Below are positions 1 to 10,527 of a stretch of 43,243 bases of DNA, one piece after another. The DNA lies in contig JADIIX010000162.1 in NCBI GenBank assembly GCA_027604505.1, positions 1 to 43,243 of the forward strand, written 5' to 3'. The notes beneath the pieces were generated by a model. The model was not told the origin of the DNA, did no database searches, and saw nothing but the letters and a program-made list of their open reading frames with translations. The position numbers and the translations under genes were made by a program. This DNA is from Gonapodya sp. JEL0774 (lineage: Eukaryota). Every line of letters starts with the position of its first letter. The first letter of the stretch is position 1.

Positions 1-77
1 ACGAAGTTTCGCTGAGCGAAAGCGAAGCGGGGCTTCATTCTTTTGATTTTAAGAAGTGAAGGGGGTCATGCGAGCTG
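1..77 (+). repeat. Left terminal inverted repeat
   Basis: ACGAAGTTTCGCTGAGCGAAAGCGAAGCGGGGCTTC...GGGGGTCATGCGAGCTG pairs with 850-926. Confidence 0.9.
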
Positions 78-849
78 TCCCACCCGCCCAACCGCTCACT
101 CTGACACCGCTTGTTTCTCTTTCAGATCTTCTGAACGGCGGTAAGACGATAGCAAGCGCCAGGGTCTTCGTGCACTCTAAGCCCACGATCAATCCCAACC
201 TTGGCGCTGGTACCGTCTCGGCTTCTTCAAGCCGGGTGCATCGTCTCTCCAGAGTTGCTGAGAGCAACAGCGACGAGGATCTAAGCGATTCAAGTTTGTG
301 AGTATTTATACTCCCCTTGTTTTGCTACATAACCTGACCTTATGACTTCTCGGTTGGCAGTTATGTTGAGATTCCCGTACGGAAGGGTAGACAATGACTA
401 TATTTGTTAGCGTCTCGCTGTATCTACCTGTTTGGAATATACCTAGTCCTATGCACCCAATCTTTCATTCCGTGCTCATCCCTCACTCAGGCACTCTGCC
501 AGAGTTTTACCATTCGCTTTTAGGTTTGGGTAGGCTCTCCCGCCACCAGGCGGTGACATCAATTCGGCAAGTCATACTGTCTTGATGCACTTAGTTGTTG
601 TCCCTTGGTCAACTGCTTGCCATTTTGGCAACGCCTCTCTTTCGGAGCCTGCGGCTTGTGTCTCAGGGGCCCAGTCGGGATATATGGCTGAGTGGGGAGG
701 TCTCTATTTTTTTTTCACTGTGTACACCAGGCCGTGCACACAACCGCAATTTTGCCACACACTTTCTGTGTCACAAAATACAAACCATCGACTCACCCCT
801 CTTTGTGAGTTTTCCCCGACCTGAGTGGGGCCCGGCAACCTTTGCCAAG

Positions 850-926
850 CAGCTTGCATGACCCCCTTCACTTCTTAAAATCAAAAGAATGAAGCCCTGC
901 TTCGCTTTCGCTCAGCAAAACTTCGT
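850..926 (-). repeat. Right terminal inverted repeat
   Basis: CAGCTTGCATGACCCCCTTCACTTC...CTTCGCTTTCGCTCAGCAAAACTTCGT is the reverse complement of 1-77; all 3 differences are transitions at CpG. Confidence 0.9.
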
Positions 927-929
927 CTC

Positions 930-1410
930 TAAGTGGATAGGGCCCTATCGCATCACTGAGAAGGAGAGTGACAACATCTTCCGGCTCAGCCACATCAGCA
1001 CTGAGCACGTGAGTCGAATGTGCCGATACCAGCCATGGATCACGCAATACCTGCCTGATCCACAAAGGATGGCTGAGTTGGCCCAACCTGTTTCACCTGA
1101 GATCGCAGAGAGCGATATCACCCAAAAAGAGCTGGGACCAGATTTCCAGCCAACCTACGTTGTTGAGGCAATCCTTGGCAAGAAGGTAGAACCAGACACG
1201 CAGGGTGAACTTGTCAAGTACCTCATCACGTTTCCTGGGTACATGACCCCTGAGTGGCAGCCTGAAAGCCTCATCTCCGCAGATGAGCTCATTGACGCAT
1301 ACAAACGTAAGCACCCAGCACCCATTGGCAAGATCCTCACCCGCCGTGAGTGGAAGAAGGCATTTGAGAAGCGCCGCAAACTTTTGCAAGTGCAAGGCCT
1401 GCTGGAGTGA
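930..1410 (+). mobile_element. Ty3/Gypsy (chromovirus) pol 3' end: integrase GPY/F region plus chromodomain, interrupted
   Basis: KWIGPYRITEK (GPY/F motif), then YVVEAILGKK...VKYLITFPGYMTPEWQPESLISADELIDAY (chromodomain pattern). The first 14 codons of ORF 889-1410 come from the inverted repeat. Confidence 0.85.
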
Positions 1411-1483
1411 TTTTATCATGGTGATGGCCACATGTGCACTATTGTATATGTCGTTCCACTTTGCTGGAGTGAGACTCTCGCTT

Positions 1484-1499
1484 GAAGAAGAGGGGGGAG
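1484..1499 (+). promoter_or_regulatory. Polypurine tract of the LTR retrotransposon
   Basis: GAAGAAGAGGGGGGAG about 75 nt after the pol stop, immediately followed by TGTTG. Confidence 0.8.
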
Positions 1500-1822
1500 T
1501 GTTGTATGACGAGTGATACGTACATAGTGTAGACATATATTTGTATTACTGTCATGTGGTCAGCACCACTCAACCAGGGATAGTACATCTTGGACTCTCG
1601 GCCCCGATTCTCATTGGTTCCGACCCGTCCCATCACAGTCGCAAAAATACCACGACTCATGGCGACGCTATCTCATTACACGGCGTATGGTTAACTAAGT
1701 TGTTATAATACTTAAAGAGGTTTTCTCAGTTTTCCCTCTACCTACTATACTCATTGACGCAAAGTCTCTGAAGTACTTTCTCTCGAGTTATTTTTCTCCA
1801 TAAGAGTTCGACGTACACAACG
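1500..1822 (+). repeat. 3' LTR; start well supported, end uncertain (ACAAC near 1821 or ACAACA at 2153-2158)
   Basis: Starts TGTTGT right after the PPT, with a TATA-like TATAAT near 1705. No second LTR in the window to confirm the length. Confidence 0.5.
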
Positions 1823-2604
1823 TATGCCAGAGGTTTTTTTTTTATTTTTTTCCCTCTGCTATCGCAAATTTTGCGCCTGAGGTCGTCTGCTTCAGAAGAA
1901 ACGTGGGGGGTGTTGTGGTATTGACACCCTGCACATGACCACAGCCTACACATGAAAATAAGGCACAACTAGCACCACATAATAAGAACACTCTTCACAT
2001 CATCTCATACTCCAGGCCTATCACTAGGCCACCATCCCGTCATAGAGGGCTGAGACCGATACGTAGTGACAGCCCCACTACAAGCTGACCCCCCGTTGAA
2101 ATCCTCCACTCGGACCACCACCCAACCATCTTGCGATTCGAGCAATCCGCGAACAACAGGCTAAATTACGCCTAGAAAAATGTAATTCATTAGTACAAAC
2201 TACAAAGTAAAATATCTTCCTTATTTTTGGGAAAAATAGAACTCGCTCGCTGCTTGCAGCTTCGCTGTATCTGCAGGCAGTTTCTTTCTCCCGAGGGGCT
2301 GCAGTTAGTGGAATCCGACTGTAATTCATCCAACGTAAGCAACGTCAGCGACCCTGACACCTGTCTCGTCCCTCCTTGCCGCTGACTTCTCATGATCGAC
2401 AACCCTTGGTTCCTTCCCTCACCAACGGATCTTTCCTCTTGCAGGTCACTCTCGGCTCTCTATTTTTGTTCGTTATATTGTGCACGTGAACAAACTAAAC
2501 CCCCACGCCCTAGTCCCGTTCTTTCCTCCCCCCACATACATCAGCTTTTGACAATCTCATCTGTGACACTTCTGTCAATCTGCCTATCCATCAGCAAGTG
2601 AAAA

Positions 2605-5255
2605 TTACGCCGCTACTCCCCACTTAGCACCATCCTGTGCCAATTGCTGCGCTTGATTGTGCCGGCCAATCTTCACCTGTCGAGGAGAATACAGTCAGTT
2701 ACAAGTACTCTAAACCCATCCCACCACAGAAAGACATCAACCACCATCACGATAACCATCAACTTACAAATACGACCTTGGGCATCCCAGGTTCATTCTT
2801 CAGATTCCACAACTTTTCAAGCAGGTCCCGGTTCTTCACCGGGCTTTTATCTTTCGTATGCCAGCCGTTGGCCTTCCACTCCTGTATCCACTTGTCCAGA
2901 CACTGGCCCAACACATAAAATGGAAGGACCCAAAGGAGAGGTAGGTGGGAGTTTAACAGAAGAAGTATTGTAGATTGATTATCAGGATTGAATTGGGAAG
3001 ATTAACTTTTCAAAGCACTCACATTGATAGCGTAACTGTTGTTTGTGTGCACACGGAGCTCACTGACCCTTGTGCCAGCCATTTCCATGGCTCGGTAGAT
3101 GGCCTTGTAATTTGAATCCAACCTGCTGTGAGATTTTCCACAAAATCACACCAGAATCAGACATTACCTGAAGCGCTGCGCGGTTGTTTTTGTTGTTCGC
3201 CGATTCCGCTGCAGTAGTGACCAAGGGTTCCGACACGTTCCGGGGGTCCTCCTCACCCCACCATACGCCAACTCCAGCCAGGGCACCGGCTCCCCCGTTC
3301 CCAGAGCAGGATCCGTGAATCCACACATTCGCTGGCGCTGCTCGACTTGATGAAGATCCGCGCAGAGAGAGCCGACCCATGTCGACATGAAGCGTGGTGG
3401 CATCGACTGTAACGGACTCGACGTATGGAGGTGGCAGCGCTTGACTTGGGCCATCCGTGTCTACCGTCGAGCTCTGCCTTAAAATCCGACTTGAGCCTGG
3501 AGTCCGCGACGCGTCGAACGCATTTGTCAAAGAGCTTGTCTCCGATGATCCCAGACGCTTCTTCATATCTGCTTGCATCACGCTCACCCCCGCCGCTGAT
3601 GTCGGTTCTATCTCCTCGTGAGTGGGCTTTTCCTCGTCCTCTTTCTTAACGCCTGCCAACCGTTGGAGTTTTGGCAGAAAGGCTGCCTGAATTGACTCGG
3701 ATTCGGCGGGAAGTGACACGCGACTAATCATCATGTTCATCCCCAGAGCATCTGCAACCACAGAATTGGGTGGAGTTGAATCTCCAATCTCTGCTGCAGG
3801 GAGAGGTTGCTGTCCGCCAATCCGTTCCACAAATCTCTTGGAATGGCCGTCGAATCTGACATACACAGATATGTCGCATGATGGGTAATCGAGCACCTCT
3901 GGATCAGGTGCATCCACCTCGTAGATGAGGACAGTGGGGTTGTTGGGCTGATCGATCCGCCGAGCCAATACCGGTTCGTTCAACCCAAATTGGAGATGGC
4001 AGCTCGTCGGGCTAAGTTCTTCTACTCAAACACACGAGGCCTTATGACCAGAGCTTTACAGGATGTGATGGCATGCACTCACGAGGATAAGTGTGCAACA
4101 TGCACTTGACCTTGAGACGCGTTCCAAAACAGAGGTCCACGAGAGGACTACCGGGTTGGACCAACTCGCATGGGTTCTGTAGTGTGTCAAGTGTGTGGCG
4201 CTGTCTTTTGAGCTGACTCAAAATGTACCTACCTCATGCATGGATTTCACGTGTTGGTCAAACTCCCTCTTCCGCGGAAATAAATTCTGCCAACCATGGG
4301 TTTGGTTGAGAAAAACGGGCATTTAGGCGCCATCCTGGTTTTCTGAGTAAGACTCACCTCCTCGGAGCACTTGCTACACATCCAGTGGTGCGAGACTTCG
4401 CAGAAGCTTTTGGTTCCACTCGCATGATTGTTGTAGACATTATTGTCCCATTCGAACCCTGGCCGACTTGACAATTAGCGGGTACTAGGTTGCCGGAGAA
4501 CAGGGAAAGAGAAGCACGTACCGTACAGTTTCAGAAACTCCTTCTTCCACTCCTTCTTGTCATGAGCGACGTTTAGGTGCCCTCGGAGATGCGTTGCTAG
4601 ATCGCACATGGTTGAATTGGTAAGATTGGTGACGGAAAAACCGTCTTTGGGCTGGCAGGTTACACTTTTCCCGCAGAATTTGCAGATATTACTTGTATTC
4701 TGAGGCAGGCGCGATGTGGACCAGTCAAAAGCGAACTCGGAGATCACTTCCTCGATTGAGAACTCTACTTACGTGTGTCGCTGCCATGCCATCACTTTCC
4801 CCGATTATTCCAGCAGACGATAGTGAGTACCGCCATGGCCCTCCCACTGGAGCACCTGATTGCGAATTACCGGGATCCGTCAACAGGGTCACCGACCTAG
4901 GCGTGGCGGAATGGGGGCCAACCCCCTGCGAAGCTTCGTCTTGCAGCGTCCACGAAGAGTCGAGCGAGTTTGCAGGGCTGCTGCCACTGTCCTTGCTGCT
5001 GTCCTGGCCGGAGTTGGCCCAAGGGTCCAGGGGGATGAAAGCACTCAAAGCGTAAACATCTTGGTCTGCCGGCTGGCCGTAGCGCTCAGATTCTTCTCCT
5101 TGGTGAGACCAGTGGAAGTCACCCGGCATGTAGAAATCAGCAGCAAGAGAGGTGGGGGACGTGGCGTGTGGCTGGAAGAACTGGGGGTCGTGAAGGGTTC
5201 TCATGCCAGGGATGGGCAACCCCGCGCTGCTGCTGTTGCCACGGTGGGATTGCAT
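2605..5255 (-). CDS. C2H2 zinc-finger protein with a C-terminal catalytically degenerate RNase H1 domain (about 9 exons)
   Basis: Hand-spliced exons: 5255-4773, 4699-4522, ~4458-4358, 4286-4233, ~4177-4084, ~4021-3168, 3103-3023, 2902-2768, 2676-2605, all GT-AG and in frame. Zinc finger [27 protein letters not shown]. RNase H motifs [84 protein letters not shown]..|[17 protein letters not shown]. Confidence 0.8.
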
Positions 5256-5810
5256 GACTGCGTGCGGATGAGCGAGAGGCGATGTGGACCATTTCTTCAG
5301 GTGTGGCGGGCAGGCGGTGCTGTTAGCTAATCGCGGCTGAACGAATCAAGCGCTCAACCAAAAAGAACACGCAAATAAAATTGTGTTTATTTGATTTAAT
5401 TAGCTTCCTAAATACTTACTTATGATTTGGTACTCTGCTGCAGTCGTTAATAATAGTTGCTTTCCGTGTGCTGGTTGTGGACTCGGTCCTCGGATGCATT
5501 GATGTTCCGATTGAACAAATCAGTGGGCCAAAACAATCAACATTCAAACGGACCAACAAGCTTCATCCGCATCCCTTGTCCCTCCGGTTGTCCGCATCCA
5601 AAAAACTGTTCCCGCCATTCTCATCCGCATCAGATGTTCAGGTCAGAACTTGAACATGGCGTGGAAATCGGAACTTCCCCATCACTCACGTTGTGATCAC
5701 GGAGGGGGCGCCGCCCCGGGGGCCGGCGGCCGCGCCGCCCGCGGGGCGCGGGACAGGCTGGCGCGCTGCGGGACGGGGCGAGGCCGCCGACGGACGTCCG
5801 CGCGCAGCGG

Positions 5811-5820
5811 NNNNNNNNNN
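5811..5820. other. Assembly gap (10 N); further gaps at 29593-29602 and 30923-30932
   Basis: N runs, each adjacent to long G/C homopolymers and degraded sequence. Confidence 0.95.
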
Positions 5821-6810
5821 ACACAAAAAACTTTTCCCGCCATTCTAATCCGCAACATCTTTTATGGTCATAAATTTAAATTGGGGTTTTAATCGTTACT
5901 TCCCAATCACACACTTTTTTATCACGGTGGGCCCCCCCCCCCCCCCCCCCCCCGTTTCCTCACGATTGAGATATTCTATTTTCTTCTGCAAGCGACCTCC
6001 GATCTTCTCGCCGATTCGAAGCAAATCCACTAAATAACAACCACTCCATGCATCATGTCTGGGAGTAGAAGTCACGCTCGAAGGAATTTCGAAGCTGGAT
6101 AGTGCCGAGTCCAGAGTGTCATGTGGAGTCAAACCTCTTAACCGAAAATGGAAGCGGATTGGATGTGGTTTGGAGCGTGGGGTTTTACATATACCAAAGG
6201 CGCTCGCTCAAACTCGTTTACTTAGTTGGAATCCAGGTTACCTCTTTCAGTACTGACTTCATGGAACACCATACGGGTTGACACAAACTTCGCGACTCCC
6301 CCAAAGCTGCAAGTTGGTTGCTATTGGAAGCTAACTTTTACTTGGTAAAGGCCAGTCTTTCGAGGAACAGAATTCAATGTATCGTGTTCAACAAATGTCT
6401 GTCCATTGACGCAACGAAAGATTTTGTGGAACTCACTATCACTTTTCGAGACTGCAATTGCCGATTGTAAGAAGTGCAGTTTCCATGTCGCGGCTTGAAG
6501 TTCGGAAACGTTGTGCTCGTAATCTGACAACGAATTAATTTAATTGCAGAGTGTTTGCCCCTTCCAACAGGAACTTCCGAAGCGTTTCGCAATCCGTACT
6601 GCTTCCGGTTACACTGCTCACATATCCGCGGCAAACCGCCTTCTTCAAATCACGTCCCAGCGGCAATCCATATTTCCGTCGTTTATTCCACGGGTTGTCA
6701 GACGGTCTTTCGACCATTCTCTCGCTCTGTACAGTGAGATTGCTTCCCTCTAGAGCGATTTCGGCACTCTGTCTGATTCTGTGTTGTACGCATCTAGCGT
6801 CTGCTTATAA

Positions 6811-7896
6811 ATGTCGAAATGCAAGATCATGAGCAGATGCCGGTGTGTCGAAGCCCTCAACCAAATTTCCGTCGCAAGCGCCAACAAGGCCTTGGAGCAT
6901 TGTCTCGCTGATTCGAACGGGAAGAAAACCATCCCCTTTCAACGTATCTTTCAAGACTTTAAGGCGGCGATGGCAGCGGGCGACACAACAGAGAAGGGGT
7001 TCAAGGGGTCAGTGCGGCATTGACGTACAAGATGTGGAAGACCAATTTTCATCTGATGGTATTACGCTGATACGTGTTATGTTGTCCCAAGTATGTTCGA
7101 CCGGTTCGAGTCCATCGAATCTCTTACGGCGCTCTTGAATGGAGAGAAAACAATCTGTCGGCTGGATTCGAATTTCCAAAACATTACGGGACCTATTGCT
7201 GAACTGCTCGAGCTCGCCCTGAAAAGCACAGGTCTTTTCGTCAAGTATTACAATGAGGAAACGTTCAAGGAAAGCGCAGTCCAAAATGACGACTGTCTAA
7301 TGAAGTATACCGGCAAGGACGGCTCTATTGCGCTTCCCTTAAGTCTATGGAGCCTATTGAATACTCTCATCCGCATTGAAGCGTCCGCGGATAGTGGAAT
7401 CTGTGGAATTTCGGAGTTTTCGCCCAGGATGACCACGGAAGGCCAGACTATTTTGCGACGAGGACAGGAAGACCGGCAACAAACCCTGTGGAGCGACTCA
7501 AAATGCAGTGATCGCGCTACAACCATTCTTTTGTGCGCGTTAATCTGTCGTGGAATGCGAATCATCTGCAGCATCATTGTTGTCGCGTATGTTCACGGTC
7601 CTTCTTCACGAGCTCTGTGCCTCTTTCTGAGTTTCAAGCACATGTTTTCACTATAGAAACCCCCCTCGTCCGAGAGATTGGTCGAACATTACTGAAGAGG
7701 ACAAGCTCTACAGGACGCTGGTGTGGACGATGGCCACCAAGCCAAGCCCGGTGATGCTCGTACTCGTACACCACTCCCACTGCCAAATACACAAAAGGCT
7801 AGGATTGAAGAGATCATCAGCAAAATGGAGACGCTTGAGTTGCTGGAGGCGGTGGATTTGGTGCAGAAGAAGCTCAAGACTTTGAAGATTGATTGA
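6811..7896 (+). CDS. Hypothetical spliced protein, no recognised domain
   Basis: ORFs 6811-7023 and 7093-7656, plus a final exon ending RIEEIISKMETLELLEAVDLVQKKLKTLKID*, with plausible splice sites. Exon structure not fully resolved. Confidence 0.35.
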
Positions 7897-10527
7897 TCTC
7901 ATTAATTCGGGTGCGTTTTCTCATGCTCATCTTGATTGCTTTGCACCTTGGCCATCAAGCTAAATAATTGTTCATTTTTCCATTTCATGGATGCCACTTG
8001 AAATTGCTTTCTGCCTTTCAAGTGCGATCTCCCCTTCGTATAACTTGGATGGTTAACGACTTTCTCAGTGACCTTCTGTGGTTTTGGTAAAATCGGAGTG
8101 TGACATGTGCTCTATTAGAATCGTTTGTTGCCAATTATGCCTCAAATATATGTTGTGAATGTTTTCGAAATGGATGCGTTCGTTGGTCTCCTACGAAACT
8201 TTGTAGCTCGATTCGGCCCACAATAAGTATATCCGGCTACAAGTTAAATTTATAGAAACAGTAAAACGGCATATGCCAACCCATTCGACCCCTCACTTGC
8301 ATTCTCTCAAAGTTTACACACTGGGACAACGCGGAGATGACGCGCATGAAGCTTTACTTACATTGGACATAATTAATTTTGTGGGACTCCGGCTGATGAC
8401 AACGCCACCAGCTCACTCGCCCCCACATCCCCACCTCCGCATCCAGCCCCCAGCCCCAGCTCCCAGTCCCACGCAAGTCCTCCGGCACTCCCATCCCCAC
8501 TCACCTGCATCAAAACGTCCTCTCTACCTGGTGCGTCTAACGGGCCCTCAAGCTCGTTGAAATTGTGGCCCGGTGGCGCTCAGCTTGGGGACAGGGGCGG
8601 GGGTTGGGGTAGAGAGGCAGGTGAACACGAGCACAGGCGCGGCGGAGGTCAGATTAACACTTGGCACCTGTACAAAGCAAATCCAAAACGAGGGAATCGA
8701 CCCACCTCCCGTGCCTCAATCACTCCGTTCAAACATCCCCAACCACCACCCAACCACCACGCTCCACCAGGCCACGTTTACTGCTCCGTGTTTGTGTCCT
8801 TTTTTGCCCGTTTGCATCCGCGTCCCTGGCCCCCTCGGCTTGTTGCAACTCCCCCTCCACCTCAAAACCCCCCCCTCCCCCCCGCGACGCCGCCTCGAGC
8901 GATCATGGCGGGAGAGACCGTGGTGGAGCCGGCATGGATTGGAAGGGGGCGGGGGGGGTCGAGGTGGAGGGGCGGAAGGAGGGGGAAGGATAGGTGACAG
9001 GGTCGACGTGCACGCGCGTGGCAGGTGCGGGTTTGTTCGAGCGAGGGATGGGAACATCCCGGCCACGGCCACGGCGGCGGAGGCGTCTTCGTTTCAGTTT
9101 CGTTCGGAGACGGGGACTGTGAAGACAGTGACGGGGTCCCATGATGTTCCAGTGAACTCACGTGATTGGCCAGACTCGTGTGTGCCCTGCCTTGACCCCA
9201 TCCTTATCCTATCGGTCCCCGCTTTATTCGATTGATGAGTGGTTAGGTACGGTGGGCCGCATCCTCCTCATGTCCGACTTGGCGGCTCCTGCTAACGTTT
9301 TCACGGACGACTGCAAACACTTGAGTGTGACATTCTTATGAGCCAGGGACGCGGCCAGGGTACGGGAGCGGGTGGGAGAGGGCGAGTGGGCATCGACGGA
9401 GCGGGGGATGTGCGAGCGGCCTTGGAGGTGGACGTAGATGTGGGAGACCCCCCCTCGCGATGTTCACGTTCTTGCACTCTGCGGATTCGGCGGGAGTGAG
9501 CGGAGGTCGAGCCGCTGCTGAGGCGGGTGATTTCTGCTGGAATGTTGAGATGACGAAACATTCCCAACATCCCTAACCCCAAAAGCCATGTGCACTCTGC
9601 TCTTCGAGTGCTCCGTCTACTCAATCGCAGTCTTCCCACTGTGTGAACTGGGATGCTGTGCACACGTCACCGCGATACATCGTCACCACTCACCATCACA
9701 CGGACTCTGGCGTTCAACATTCCACTGATAATTCAGGTGGCGATGAATTGTTGTAATCTTGTCCGAAAATGTGAGCTCCGGTGGCATGATGCCAGAGTGG
9801 CCTGGGAGGATTGGTGATATGCATGACGATCGCATTGAACGATTTGGATGAGGTAGTTACATGAATCAGCGGGAGGCCAGCCGACAATGGTTCTCGGTGA
9901 GAAAACGGATGGATTCGATATGCCCGGTGAAATGAAAGACAGTTGATAATGTCATTATGATGCGTTCAAGGATCTGGTGATGCCTGCTGAACACAACTGC
10001 TGCGTGCCCCGCGTCTGCTACACGCACGTCCTCTCGCTACAATCCTAATTCGGATCCAGAAGCAACTCCAAATATCGAGATTTGCAATATGTTTCACCCA
10101 TACGTAATGACAGATTCAAGACGAAAACTTGGCTGGGGATGAGGTCACGTTCAGTGACATCAAAAATGGATCTCATAAGAGTCGAGGTGTGTTGCCCAAG
10201 TCGTGGGTCTCATTCGTGGGTGCTAGGTCCAGTGGTCCAACATCGCATTCCCCCATTTTCGAACATTCACAAAACGGTCGGGATTGTGTGATTCCATTAT
10301 GTTTGTGATCATGAACCTTTCAAGTTATACACCAAGCTAACTTCGAGAGATTCAGGCTCATCACATCGATGTAAAACTTTGTATACCAGAAGAATCAGTC
10401 AACAGGTATAGTACAAAAAGAGAACGAAACAGATCGTTCAAATCGGTTTTCATGCGTTTTTATGAGAAAACACAGTATATGCACCCATCAGTTCCACCAA
10501 CTACAAGTCCCACCTGCGAATCACAGA

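Larger units (their letters stand above)
1..929. mobile_element. Non-autonomous inverted-repeat element, left end cut by the window edge
   Basis: Bases 1-77 are the reverse complement of 850-926 with 3 mismatches. The right end continues CTC, then TA (930-931), directly before the integrase KWIGPY codons. No transposase ORF is recognisable inside. Confidence 0.8.

Noticed and set aside
394..585. PSPMHPIFHSVL resembling the Gypsy integrase HPVFHVS motif
   Set aside because: Too short, no GPY upstream or chromodomain downstream, and inside the inverted-repeat element; may be chance.
2605..3330. RNase H domain as part of the neighbouring Gypsy element
   Set aside because: Opposite strand, beyond the 3' LTR start, intron-containing, and of the cellular RNase H1 type with the WKxNGW basic protrusion.
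5599..5953. Apparent diverged direct repeat (5599-5705 vs 5824-5930) and an extreme GC island at 5701-5810
   Set aside because: The copies flank an N gap and a poly-C run, and one looks like a base-call-degraded version of the other. Most likely a sequencing/assembly artefact.
6321..6760. Short minus-strand ORFs that might splice into a gene divergent from 6811
   Set aside because: No homology cue; start and end not definable.
8270..10000. Many overlapping GC-rich ORFs on both strands
   Set aside because: Low complexity, no motif recognised, no consistent spliced model. A gene may exist but I cannot support it.
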